Part shown: in pieces, positions 1 to 9,560 of the stretch
Numbering within the stretch: the first letter of the stretch is position 1
How the letters are laid out: every line of letters starts with the position of its first letter
NCBI GenBank assembly: GCA_963741095.1
Contig: CAVUGN010000004.1
Span: 32,001 to 96,000, forward strand
DNA length: 64,000 nt
Reading direction: 5' to 3'
Source: an uncultured Candidatus Micrarchaeota archaeon
GTDB lineage: Archaea > Micrarchaeota > Micrarchaeia > Micrarchaeales > Micrarchaeaceae
The notes under the pieces: model-generated
What the model was told of the DNA's origin: nothing
Database searches by the model: none
What the model saw: only the letters and a program-made list of their open reading frames with translations
Position numbers and translations under genes: made by a program

Positions 1-1
1 A

Positions 2-3000
2 TGGACTCCGGCCGCAGCGTGGGCGGGCAATGTAGTGAATGCCAATGTCATAGTAAAAGATAACAGTGCAGTCACGTCGAACTCGGTCGATAGCGGCAAC
101 ATAATAATAAATTCGGCCCTTTCGCCGAGCACGATAACACCCGCATCGCCCACGATAGACAACGGACAGTGCGTGGCCCTGAACTCCAACCCGCCATTCG
201 GCGGCACCTCGCCGTACACTTACAATTGGTACACCGGTGTTGGGTGCACAACCCCGGTCGGGGTGTACACGTCAACGTACACTCCATGCCCGACCTCGCT
301 GACAACATACTACTATAAGGTGGGGGACAGCGCGAAGGTTCCGACATCCGCCTGCTCTGCCGGCGACCCCGTCACGGTCAATTCGATATTGTACGCTAAT
401 GTCATAACTCCAACATCTCCATCCATAGACCTGGGGCAACCAATCACGCTCACCTCCAACGCTGCAGGCGGCAGCCCGCCTTACACGGTGTACTGGTACT
501 CGCAGGCCCTCTGCTCGGGCACTCTGCTTAACACCGGAACCAGCTACACCTTCAGCCCCACCACGTCAAACACCTACTATTACAAGGTCGTCGACCAGAC
601 TGCGGCATTCAACTGCATCTCAACTGGCGACACCGTGACGGTCGACCCAACTCTGTTCGCCAACTCGATAACCCCGCCTTCGGCCACAATAGACAGCGGG
701 ATGGGTGTGCTGCTCACCTCCAACGCGGCTGGTGGCACTCCATCATTGACGATAAACTGGTTCAGCCAGGCAAGCTGCGGAGGCGCATCGCAAGCCACGG
801 GAACCACATATACGCCCAGCCCGGCATCGACCACGACGTACACCTACAACGTTGTCGATTCGGCATACTCCAAAGTATCGCAATGCTCGGCGAACGACGT
901 GATAACGGTCAACCCGGTGCTTCTCGCCAATGCGATAACCCCCGCATCCCCCAAACTCGATCTCGGCCAGTCAGTCACGCTCACTGCCAATCCGGCAGGC
1001 GGCAGCCCTGCGTACACGATAAACTGGTACATACAGGCTCTCTGCTCCGGCGCAGTTGTCAACACCGGTTCGCCGTACGCCTTCACTCCGATAGCGTCAA
1101 ACACGTATTACTACAAGGTGACCGACCAGGCATCAGCTTTCAACTGCCTGGGCACCGGAGATATCCTCACAGTCAATAGCGTGCAGGTGGTCGGCCTTCT
1201 GACCGAATCGAACACCGTGATAAACAGCGGCGGCGTCTCCCTGCTCACTGCAGCTGCAACGACCGGCGGCACTCCGCCGTACACCTACAACTGGTTCAAT
1301 GCTGCCAATTGCGGCGGCACTAACATAGGCTCCGGTTCGACGCTGCTCGTCAATCCGGCATCAACGACGATCTACAGCTTCAACAGCGTCGATTCGGCGA
1401 CGACGAAGAACGTCGTCTGCAGCGCGTCCAACACGGTCACGGTATCCAGTGCAGTGCAGCCTCCGATATACACAATAATCACGACATCGCCACCAGGAAG
1501 CACTCTCCCGGCTTACGTGGCAAGCTTCAACGGCCTGAGCACCAACATCACTGCTGGCCACGGCGCGTCACTGAATTTGCAAAATGCATTCACGTTATCC
1601 GGATGGGTCTATTACAACGGTTTGCCTCAGGACGATGCAATAATGTACAAAGTGTCCAATCCAAGCGCCTTCGAACCACAATACGGGCTTGGCGCATCCG
1701 ACCAAAACATGGGTGGCGGCACCCCAACAAGCGATACGAGCGTTTTCTATGGCACTGCAAGCACCAGATACAACACCGCCGGCTACGCCGTGAGCCCGAA
1801 CACGTGGATGCAGCAAACCGCAACATACGACGGGTCGACCATCAAACTCTATATGAACGGCGTATACACTGGCGTGTCCAGTTCTGTTTCGGCACCCATT
1901 GATTCATCATCCACTGGCAACCTAATCTTCGGGTCGCGCCCAGTATCAAGCTATATGTGGTTCAACGGTCTCATGTCTGATTTCCAGATCTACAACATCG
2001 CGCTTACACCGGCGCAGGTATCAAGCTTATACGCAGAGGGCATCGGCGGTACTCCCCTTGTGCCAGCCAGTACCGCGGGATGGTGGAAGTTCAATGGCGA
2101 CGCGAACGACTACTCTGGCAACGGCAATAACGGGATGAACTTCGGAACAACAAATGTCATCTACCCGTCAAACTACATTGCCAACTACATAGTGCCAACG
2201 CCAAATGTCGCGCTTGACATAGGTCAATCAATCACCTTCACCGGAGCCACTACCGACACAGTGTCGCCTTACTCCTACAACTACATAATCTCAAACTCCG
2301 TGACGAACGCGCAGATCTCAAGCAATCTGTTCACCTCATGCACGCTGACAACAAACACCTTCGTATGGACTCCTGCGTCAAGCCTCATCGGGAACACCGT
2401 GCAGGGCAACGTGATAGTGAAGGACAACAGTGCGGCAACCTCTAACTCAGTGAAATCCGGCATAATAACAATAAATCCTGCGCTGCAAACCGCGAAGGCC
2501 GCAAATTTCAACAACATACTGAACAGCTACATACAAATGGCAGACACGGGCCTGCCGTTCGGCAACAGCGCAAGATCGGTGTTCGTTTGGGTGTACATCA
2601 CAAGTAAGGGCGATGCCTACACTGTGCACGAATACGGCATAACACAGTCGAACGGGCCAAACCAGCAATCCAACCTCGTGGCAGATTGCAGCACCGGAAC
2701 GTGTTATCCAAGACTCGAAATGTATACCTCCAATGATTTTGATGCCGGTTCGCTTACGATACCCCTTAATACGTGGACGCTTGTCGGGTACACCTACAAC
2801 GGCGTTGCAGGAACGCTCTACGTCAACACTGGTTCATACAGCCAATCATTCGGTCCGTTGATCACGGCATCATCTGGCTATGCCTATCTCGGCCTTACAG
2901 ACTGGGAATGGGGCAACTGGTTCCCAGGTGCCATGTCAAATCTACAGATATACAACACCGCGCTTACCCCAATACAGGAAGCAAGCTTATACGCTGCGGG

Positions 3001-5368
3001 CATGGGCGGCACCCCTGTCCTGCCGTCGAGCCTTGTTGGATGGTTCCCGCTCAACGGCAACTCGATCGACTATTCCGGTAGCGGCAACAACGGCGCAGAT
3101 TCAAATATGGCGTACGTAAGCTCGATAACGGCATCGAACGCTCCAACAGTAACTGCCGGTCAATACGAGCTCTTCCAGGCATCATGGATAGGCGGTACCT
3201 CGCCCTATTCGGCAAACTTCGTCGTATCCAACACGGTAACAGGAACAGTCTTGACTTCGCAGCTCTACACCGGCATAACCGGAACATCCAACTCGTTAAG
3301 TTACCAAATACCTGGCGCATGGGTGGGGAACACCATTGCGGTAAACGTCGTGATAACGGACAGCGCGTCGAACCCCATGACCATAAACTCCGTCAAAAGC
3401 AATACCATCACTGTAGCCTCATCAGTGCTGCCTCCGATATACACGATACTCACTGTAGCGCCCCCAGCAAATGCACTTCCAGCATACGCCGGAAGCTTCA
3501 ACGGAGTGAGCAGTTATATCACGCTACCAGGCGGCCAAACATTGCTTGGCGCCACTCCGACTTCCGGCACCGTATCATTATGGGCCAATATGTTTGCGTA
3601 TCCCGCAAATACGGTGCAGTACCAAAACGATGAAGAAATGCTTTTTGCCATAGCAAAAACCCAAGGCAATGGCTATTCTGACGGCTATAACACAATAGCT
3701 ATAACTATACCGTGGAACAATCACAACACCTTCTGGTGGGCTCTGGCCGGCACGGGCGAAGGCGGCGTTTCTGTAGGCACTGCTTCCCTGAATCAATGGT
3801 ACCTCCTGACGCTTACATTCAATTCCGTCGGTGGCGAGGTATACATCAACGGCGCACCTGTGGGGGCGATAGGCGCCCATGGTACAATTACACTCGATTC
3901 GAACCCCGGGTACATCAGTTACTGGCACTCTGGCGCTCCACAAGATTTCAACGGCGTCATCTCAAACGTCCAGCTCTACAACACCGCACTTTCGGCGGGC
4001 CAAGTGGCTAACCTATACTCTGAAGGCATAGGTGGGACTCCGATTGCTTCGGCTGGCAACATCGGCTGGTGGTCGCTCAACAACAACGCCAACGACGGCA
4101 GCGGCAGCGGCAACAACGGCGCTGCGACTAACGTGGCCTACACAGCCAACTACCTCAACAGCTACATAGTGCCGGTATCCAACGTCGCTCTTGATATCGG
4201 GCAGTCCATAACCCTTACCGGAGCGACCACCGACACTGCAACGCCTTATTCCTACAACTACATAATCAGCAACGCGATCACCAGTGCAATCCTCGCGAGC
4301 ACGCTGTACTCCTCTTGCACGCTGACCACTAACACTCTAGTGTGGACACCAGCAGCCAACCTGGTTGGAAATGTGGTGAAGGCCAACGTCGTAGTGATAG
4401 ACACCAGCGCAATTGCGTCGAACTCGCTGAAGACGGGCAACGTGATAATAAATCCTGCGCTGCTGTCGGTATCGACCGCCAACTTCAATGGCATAAACAG
4501 CCTTATCAGCATACCCGCAACGAAAATCGCGAACACGATGTCCCTCTCCGCCTGGTTCTACTACGCGGGAGACACGGGTGCGTCTGAGGACATATTCGCA
4601 ATATCCTCCGGGGACATATTCTCGCCGTACGTCGCGACCAGCACGCACGTGCTCTGCGCGGACCTCGAATGGTACACCAACGGCTACACCTATTACTGCG
4701 AAGGAGCCACGGTGACCCCCAACACCTGGTACCATCTCGTGATAACCTACGATAAAGTCAATATACGCGGATATGTGAACGGCGTTGCCGGGACCGTCAC
4801 TCCGAATTCGCTCGGATTCAACGGCGTGTCGTACAGCCCATACATCGGTGGCATCGGCCAACAGGTATATTGGAAGGGCAATCTCGCCAACATCCAGCTC
4901 TACAACGCAGTCCTTACGGCTGGCCAGATTTCAAGTCTTTACGCCGAGGGCATAAACGGCGCTCCAATCCTGCCAGGCAACGACGTCGGCTGGTGGCCCC
5001 TCAACGGCAACGCAGTCGACCTGAGCGGTAAGGGTCTCACCGGCACTCCGACCAACGTCGTGTTCTCTAGCTCTTCTGCAAACTCCGTGACGGTAACCCA
5101 CGGGCAAAACGAGTTCTTCCAGACCACATGGACTGGCGGCACTCCACCCTATTCGGCAAACTACGTCATATCCAATACGGTCACCAAAACTGTCCTGGCG
5201 TCGCAGCTGTACTCCGGCATCCCCTCTGGGTTGACATTCAATACGTTGCTGTACCCAATACCTGCGGCATGGGCAGGCAACACCATCACAGTAAACGTCA
5301 TAATTACGGACAGCGCATCAATACCCATGACCATAAACGGAATCAGCAATACGCTAAAGATCACCTAA
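2..5368 (+). CDS. Giant surface protein (5'-partial): Cys-paired Ig-like repeats plus four LamG/concanavalin-A-like domains
   Basis: The frame is open from base 2 (WTPAAAWAGNVV), so the gene starts upstream. S/T/N/G-rich. LamG hallmarks repeated four times (e.g. NTWMQQTATYDGSTIKLYMNG...FNGLMSDFQIYNIALT...GWWKFNGDANDYSGNGNNG). Confidence 0.85.
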   Translation, partial: WTPAAAWAGNVVNANVIVKDNSAVTSNSVDSGNIIINSALSPSTITPASPTIDNGQCVALNSNPPFGGTSPYTYNWYTGVGCTTPVGVYTSTYTPCPTSLTTYYYKVGDSAKVPTSACSAGDPVTVNSILYANVITPTSPSIDLGQPITLTSNAAGGSPPYTVYWYSQALCSGTLLNTGTSYTFSPTTSNTYYYKVVDQTAAFNCISTGDTVTVDPTLFANSITPPSATIDSGMGVLLTSNAAGGTPSLTINWFSQASCGGASQATGTTYTPSPASTTTYTYNVVDSAYSKVSQCSANDVITVNPVLLANAITPASPKLDLGQSVTLTANPAGGSPAYTINWYIQALCSGAVVNTGSPYAFTPIASNTYYYKVTDQASAFNCLGTGDILTVNSVQVVGLLTESNTVINSGGVSLLTAAATTGGTPPYTYNWFNAANCGGTNIGSGSTLLVNPASTTIYSFNSVDSATTKNVVCSASNTVTVSSAVQPPIYTIITTSPPGSTLPAYVASFNGLSTNITAGHGASLNLQNAFTLSGWVYYNGLPQDDAIMYKVSNPSAFEPQYGLGASDQNMGGGTPTSDTSVFYGTASTRYNTAGYAVSPNTWMQQTATYDGSTIKLYMNGVYTGVSSSVSAPIDSSSTGNLIFGSRPVSSYMWFNGLMSDFQIYNIALTPAQVSSLYAEGIGGTPLVPASTAGWWKFNGDANDYSGNGNNGMNFGTTNVIYPSNYIANYIVPTPNVALDIGQSITFTGATTDTVSPYSYNYIISNSVTNAQISSNLFTSCTLTTNTFVWTPASSLIGNTVQGNVIVKDNSAATSNSVKSGIITINPALQTAKAANFNNILNSYIQMADTGLPFGNSARSVFVWVYITSKGDAYTVHEYGITQSNGPNQQSNLVADCSTGTCYPRLEMYTSNDFDAGSLTIPLNTWTLVGYTYNGVAGTLYVNTGSYSQSFGPLITASSGYAYLGLTDWEWGNWFPGAMSNLQIYNTALTPIQEASLYAAGMGGTPVLPSSLVGWFPLNGNSIDYSGSGNNGADSNMAYVSSITASNAPTVTAGQYELFQASWIGGTSPYSANFVVSNTVTGTVLTSQLYTGITGTSNSLSYQIPGAWVGNTIAVNVVITDSASNPMTINSVKSNTITVASSVLPPIYTILTVAPPANALPAYAGSFNGVSSYITLPGGQTLLGATPTSGTVSLWANMFAYPANTVQYQNDEEMLFAIAKTQGNGYSDGYNTIAITIPWNNHNTFWWALAGTGEGGVSVGTASLNQWYLLTLTFNSVGGEVYINGAPVGAIGAHGTITLDSNPGYISYWHSGAPQDFNGVISNVQLYNTALSAGQVANLYSEGIGGTPIASAGNIGWWSLNNNANDGSGSGNNGAATNVAYTANYLNSYIVPVSNVALDIGQSITLTGATTDTATPYSYNYIISNAITSAILASTLYSSCTLTTNTLVWTPAANLVGNVVKANVVVIDTSAIASNSLKTGNVIINPALLSVSTANFNGINSLISIPATKIANTMSLSAWFYYAGDTGASEDIFAISSGDIFSPYVATSTHVLCADLEWYTNGYTYYCEGATVTPNTWYHLVITYDKVNIRGYVNGVAGTVTPNSLGFNGVSYSPYIGGIGQQVYWKGNLANIQLYNAVLTAGQISSLYAEGINGAPILPGNDVGWWPLNGNAVDLSGKGLTGTPTNVVFSSSSANSVTVTHGQNEFFQTTWTGGTPPYSANYVISNTVTKTVLASQLYSGIPSGLTFNTLLYPIPAAWAGNTITVNVIITDSASIPMTINGISNTLKIT
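95..1445 (+). repeat. Five tandem ~88-aa Ig-like repeats
   Basis: Recurrent ITPxSPxIDxGQ..LTSNxAGGxPPYTxxW...C...TYYYKVxD...C..D.VTV; boundaries approximate. Confidence 0.8.
1460..5365 (+). repeat. Tandem duplication of a ~657-codon LamG-spacerA-LamG-spacerB superunit
   Basis: CCTCCGATATACAC occurs at 1460 and 3431 (period 1971 nt). The spacer peptides NVALDIGQSITxTGATTDT and GGTxPYSANxVxSNTVT each occur twice. Confidence 0.85.
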
Positions 5369-5456
5369 GGCAATTAGTCAGTTATCCGGTATGCAAGTCC
5401 CCATTAACGATACCTCATCCACCTAGATTAAATTCTTATCAGTCAATCATATCAAT

Positions 5457-6329
5457 ATGAACAAACTATCTGCCGTGATGCGACTTACGAGGATAGAGCA
5501 CAGCGTGATGCTCGTTATCGCGGTTGTCGCAGCGGAGCTCATAGTCAGCGGGCTTCCTTCGCCTTACATACTTCTGCTCAGCTTAATTGCCCCGATATTC
5601 ATAAGCATGGGCGCCTTCGCGATAAACGACTACTTCGACGTCGCCGCGGACAGGGCCAACGGAAGGACCGACAGGCCCATAGTCAACGGCTCGATAAGCA
5701 AAAAAGAGGCCTTTCGGATATCAATCGCATGCACCCTGATAGGCATTGCAGGAAGCCTGTTCATCAATGTCTACGCGTTCTCTATCTCGATAATCTTCGG
5801 GCTCCTTGCCTTCCTATATGCGTATCGGCTGAAAAACATGCTGATACTGGGCAACGCCTACATAGCGTTGTCGATGGTGATACCTTTCATATACGGCAGC
5901 TACGTCGCCGCTAGCGGCGTGAATGGGAACATAATACTCATAAGCTTCGTCATCTTCCTGAGCGGCTTCGCGCGCGAGATACATGGGATGATAAGGGACT
6001 ATGCTGGGGACGTGAAGGAAAGGCACGTCAAGAATCTCATTTACCACGTCGGAACTGCCCGTTCTGCATACCTGGCGGCGATACTCTATGTAGAGGCGAT
6101 CGCGATAAGCCTGTTCATATTCGTCTATGAATCCCCCTTCCAATACAATCTTGCCTACCTTGCCCCGATATTGGTGGTTGATGCGATGCTCCTTTATGTC
6201 GCGATCGGATACATGCGCGTCAAGAACACAAGGAGCTTCTTCAAGCTTTCAAGGAACCTGAGCCTAGGAGCGATGGCTCTGGCTCTTGTGATATACCTTA
6301 TAGTGCCGCTGCTCTTCGTGCCGATATAG
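5457..6329 (+). CDS. UbiA-family prenyltransferase, probable digeranylgeranylglyceryl phosphate synthase
   Basis: NDYFDVAADRANGRTDRPIVNG and REIHGMIRDYAGD aspartate-rich motifs; multiple TM segments. Confidence 0.85.
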   Translation: MNKLSAVMRLTRIEHSVMLVIAVVAAELIVSGLPSPYILLLSLIAPIFISMGAFAINDYFDVAADRANGRTDRPIVNGSISKKEAFRISIACTLIGIAGSLFINVYAFSISIIFGLLAFLYAYRLKNMLILGNAYIALSMVIPFIYGSYVAASGVNGNIILISFVIFLSGFAREIHGMIRDYAGDVKERHVKNLIYHVGTARSAYLAAILYVEAIAISLFIFVYESPFQYNLAYLAPILVVDAMLLYVAIGYMRVKNTRSFFKLSRNLSLGAMALALVIYLIVPLLFVPI

Positions 6330-6349
6330 AACGAGTGCCTTACTGAGGG

Positions 6350-6991
6350 TTATTGCCTTTCCTGGCGTTCGGGCTTCATCGGCTTCATGTCCATCTTGGC
6401 CTCGAAGTCGCCTACATTGTACTTGAACTCCTCGTTGCTCTTTATGTCCCCTCTCGCCTTCATGCTCTCCCTTGCGAGAAGATAGTAGATGAACGCGAGC
6501 GACCTCCTTCCCCTGTTGTTTGAAGGAATGATAAGGTCGATGAACTTAGTAGAATTGTCGGTGTCGCTCAATGCGATTATGGGCATGTCGACCTTGCTTG
6601 CCTCCTTTATCGCCTGCTTCTCGTTCCTCGAATCGCTGATGAGTATGAGCTTGGGTTCCATGAAGTCCTCCCTGTTCGGGTTTGTGAAGACCCCGGGGGT
6701 GACTCTTCCCTTTATGAAACGCGCGTTTATTATCTCGGCGAACTTCTGCGCTGCTACTATGGCGTATATTCTTGATGCAGTGACAACGATGTCCTGCGGC
6801 TTGTACCTTGCTATCATCGCCGCGGCGACCTTTATCCTGTTGTCTATGGTCTTGAGGTCCAGGAGGTACAGTCCGTCCTCCCTGACGCGGTATATGAACT
6901 TCTTCATGCCAGGGCTCTTGACCTTCGTCGCAATGTGTATGCCTGCCTCTAAGTATTCATTCTGGTTTGCCAATAATTGTTCTTCGCTCAT
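6350..6991 (-). CDS. rps2: 30S ribosomal protein uS2
   Basis: YLEAGIHIATK, PGVFTNP, DLIIPSNNRGRRSLA. Confidence 0.97.
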   Translation of the reverse strand: MSEEQLLANQNEYLEAGIHIATKVKSPGMKKFIYRVREDGLYLLDLKTIDNRIKVAAAMIARYKPQDIVVTASRIYAIVAAQKFAEIINARFIKGRVTPGVFTNPNREDFMEPKLILISDSRNEKQAIKEASKVDMPIIALSDTDNSTKFIDLIIPSNNRGRRSLAFIYYLLARESMKARGDIKSNEEFKYNVGDFEAKMDMKPMKPERQERQ

Positions 6992-7123
6992 CGAAAGCAC
7001 CGAAAAGGAAACTCATTTCTCCAAAAGGAAAAATTAAGTATAAAGTTATAGTATGAAAGACTATAAAAAGATGACCTCGGAAGCCCGAATGCCCAGTCCA
7101 TGCCGTCTCATAATGAAGCAGAC

Positions 7124-7211
7124 TGGGGCCGCCGAGATTTTCAGAGTTTTCCTTTGAACTCGGGTCGCTACCACCCCAAGGTAGAAGCCTTCCAGGCTAG
7201 CAGACGGCCCC
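7124..7211 (-). tRNA. tRNA-Pro(GGG) with 15-nt intron at position 59/60 (T-loop)
   Basis: Acceptor stem GGGGCCG/CGGCCCC; anticodon arm CTACC-TTGGGGT-GGTAG. The T-loop is 22 nt (TTCAAAGGAAAACTCTGAAAAT) and reduces to TTCAAAT on removal of GGAAAACTCTGAAAA (7138-7152). Confidence 0.9.
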
Positions 7212-7219
7212 ACGTTTAT

Positions 7220-7420
7220 CTATTTCCGCCCGAACTGCATGAATCCGTCGATCAGCTCCACGTTGCTTATGAACATGCGCCGGCAGCAGTACCTCTTGAC
7301 TCCCATGTCGTCGAGCACCTTCTCGGCCGACTCGTGGTCCTTGTTGACGCGCTTGTCGTACTCCTCCCACTTGTCCGCTACCACTGCGCCGCAGCTGAAA
7401 CACCTAACTGGCATCATCAT
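7220..7420 (-). CDS. rpoN: RNA polymerase subunit Rpo10/N
   Basis: MMMPVRCFSCG...RYCCRRM zinc motif. Confidence 0.98.
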   Translation of the reverse strand: MMMPVRCFSCGAVVADKWEEYDKRVNKDHESAEKVLDDMGVKRYCCRRMFISNVELIDGFMQFGRK

Positions 7421-7424
7421 AGTA

Positions 7425-7976
7425 TCATCTATACGATTTCTGGAACCTGGCCCTTGCCTTCGGTCCCTTGAACTTCTTCGGCTCTACCCTTCTCGGGTCG
7501 TCGACAAGCATGCTCCTGTCATATTGAAGATAGCCCTTCCTCAGGGTGTCCCCCTCCGAGAAGGCTGAAAGGCCTTTTGCGATCGCGCCCCTGACGGCCT
7601 GCGCCTGTGCGCTCTGGCCTCCTCCTCTGACGCTTATTATCATATCCACATTCTTGAACAGCTCCTCAGTCATGGACGAAACTCCGACCGGCTCGAGCAT
7701 CACGTTCCTCAACGAGACCGGCTCTATCACACCTATGCTGAAGCCATTGACCTTGACCTTGCCGGTGCCCTTCTTTACGGACGCCCTGGCAATCGCCCTC
7801 TTTCTCTTGCTCTTGACGACCACGACCTTCTCGCTCTTCTTCGCGGGCCTCCTTGTCGTGGTCTTCTTCTTCAGCTTTGCGGCTGCTGCAACCGCGGTAG
7901 CATCGGCCGGCTTCAGCTCGATGACCTCGCTAGCTGTTTTAGTTGGCTGGGTTGTCTGTTGTATCGTTTCTGGCAT
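7425..7976 (-). CDS. rps9: 30S ribosomal protein uS9 with Lys-rich N-terminal extension
   Basis: VRGGGQSAQAQAVRGAIAK, EPKKFKGPKARARFQKSYR. Confidence 0.97.
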   Translation of the reverse strand: MPETIQQTTQPTKTASEVIELKPADATAVAAAAKLKKKTTTRRPAKKSEKVVVVKSKRKRAIARASVKKGTGKVKVNGFSIGVIEPVSLRNVMLEPVGVSSMTEELFKNVDMIISVRGGGQSAQAQAVRGAIAKGLSAFSEGDTLRKGYLQYDRSMLVDDPRRVEPKKFKGPKARARFQKSYR

Positions 7977-7980
7977 TAGC

Positions 7981-8430
7981 TCACTTGTCGTAGCCGAGCA
8001 GCTTTGAAAGCTGGCCCACCTTCAGATAGTTAACATAAATCCCCTTCGGGTCCTTCGACTTTATCTCGTTGACCTTGAAGCCCTTCAGCTCCTTCGGTTC
8101 TCCCTGGAAGACCAAAAGCCTCCTGTACGCGTCCTTTCCGCTCGGCTTCTTGTGGTAAGGCAGCATGCCTCGTATGATCCTCCTGACCAGCATGTCCGGC
8201 CTCCTCGACCAGTACGGCGAATGGTCCGGATTCTCCTTCTCCTGAAGGTTCAACCTTACCTTGTACCTCGCGACAGTAACGGCTTTGTTGCCGGTTATTA
8301 TCGCCTGCTCAGCGTTTATCACCGCGATGCTCTTGCCGTTGAGCAACTGCTTCGCGACCACGCTGGCTACCCTTCCCAGCACCTTGTCCTTGGCGTCGTA
8401 AACCTCGTAACTTTTGTCGATTGTCCTCAT
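7981..8430 (-). CDS. rpl13: 50S ribosomal protein uL13
   Basis: DAKDKVLGRVASVVAK, RRIIRGMLP. Confidence 0.97.
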   Translation of the reverse strand: MRTIDKSYEVYDAKDKVLGRVASVVAKQLLNGKSIAVINAEQAIITGNKAVTVARYKVRLNLQEKENPDHSPYWSRRPDMLVRRIIRGMLPYHKKPSGKDAYRRLLVFQGEPKELKGFKVNEIKSKDPKGIYVNYLKVGQLSKLLGYDK

Positions 8431-8437
8431 GCAAGCA

Positions 8438-8788
8438 CTATATCAATACGTGTACCTTCTCAGCGTTAATCATGTCCTTTATGTCGACGATCTTGCAGTC
8501 CGCGGCCTTGAGCGCCTTCAGCGCGCCGGCCGAGAACTCTATCGCGGATATGTTAAACTTGTGCGTTATGGCTCCGGTCGAAAGCACCTTGCCCGGCACG
8601 ACCACGTTCTCCCCGTCCTTCGAGTACTTGTCTATCTTGTACAGGTTCATCGTCGTCCTGTCTCTCGATGGCACTGCCACCAGTCCATAGGTCTTCTTCC
8701 ACAGCTTCGCGTACCTCTTTCCCTTGGCTGCGCTGTCGAGGACCTTGAGCCATTCCTTCACGCTCTGTTTTTCCACGTTTATTTTCAT
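8438..8788 (-). CDS. rpl18e: 50S ribosomal protein eL18
   Basis: VVVPGKVLSTG motif and operon position. Confidence 0.95.
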   Translation of the reverse strand: MKINVEKQSVKEWLKVLDSAAKGKRYAKLWKKTYGLVAVPSRDRTTMNLYKIDKYSKDGENVVVPGKVLSTGAITHKFNISAIEFSAGALKALKAADCKIVDIKDMINAEKVHVLI

Positions 8789-8797
8789 AGCATCACA

Positions 8798-8909
8798 TGC
8801 GGGGGGTGAGATTTGAACTCACGCAATCTCTAAAGATACAGGAGTTCCGAGCAGTTCCGGAATACCGCACCTCAGTCCTGCGCATTTGGCCAAGCTCTGC
8901 CACCCCCGC
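8798..8909 (-). tRNA. tRNA-Leu(GAG) with canonical 25-nt intron at 37/38
   Basis: GCGGGGG/CCCCCGC acceptor; CAGGA-CTGAGG[intron 8845-8869]C-TCCTG; BHB helix CTGA/TCGG; long variable arm; TTCAAAT T-loop. Confidence 0.93.
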
Positions 8910-8911
8910 CT

Positions 8912-9484
8912 TTAAAGCTTCTTTACCTCCTTCTCGAGTTCCTTCATGTCTTCTTTTATTGATTCTATAGCCTTATTAATTATCTGCTTTGGGGGCATCT
9001 GTCCAAATGTCTCAACATAAAACTCGAACTCGTCATCGCCGGTCTGCTCGAACGTTATGAGGCCCGGCTGGAACTTGGCGTGCGACGTGCCGTCCTTGAG
9101 CACCGCCTTGCCGTCAAGCCTGAGCCTCTGCTCGTTGGCCAGCTTCATGACCGGTATGTTCTCGTTCGCGACCTTCACTTCCTTGTCCGCCACGACGAAA
9201 TCTCTTGAATAAACGGTCTTCGGGCCTGTCGCGTCGAGGGTGAAGAGTATCTCCTCCTTCTCGCCGTAGCCCTCTGGAGTCAGTATCGGTATCAATCCTA
9301 TCCGGTGCGCTATGTACTCGTCGAACATCGCGCTCGAATTCTCGTAGAACGTCACCTTGTCGATCGCGAAGGTCTTGACGTGGCTCGTTGCCATTCGCCT
9401 GAGCGCGTTCGCGTAGTTGTTGCTCGCACCGCTGAGCTTGAACCTGAACACTTTGCTGTTATCCTCTAATATCTCGATTTTCAT
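8912..9484 (-). CDS. rpoD: RNA polymerase subunit Rpo3/D (short form, no Fe-S domain)
   Basis: ANALRR, ENSSAMFDEYIAHRIGLIP, HAKFQPG. Confidence 0.96.
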   Translation of the reverse strand: MKIEILEDNSKVFRFKLSGASNNYANALRRMATSHVKTFAIDKVTFYENSSAMFDEYIAHRIGLIPILTPEGYGEKEEILFTLDATGPKTVYSRDFVVADKEVKVANENIPVMKLANEQRLRLDGKAVLKDGTSHAKFQPGLITFEQTGDDEFEFYVETFGQMPPKQIINKAIESIKEDMKELEKEVKKL

Positions 9485-9560
9485 GGCTTCACTTCTTGAT
9501 AAAACCAGCAGAAATATATATAGTTATAGATAATAGCTTTTATAATGTTTTTGGTGTTGC
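9485..9560. promoter_or_regulatory. AT-rich divergent promoter region
   Basis: ATATATATA, TTATA and TTTTATAA tracts between divergent genes. Confidence 0.55.
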
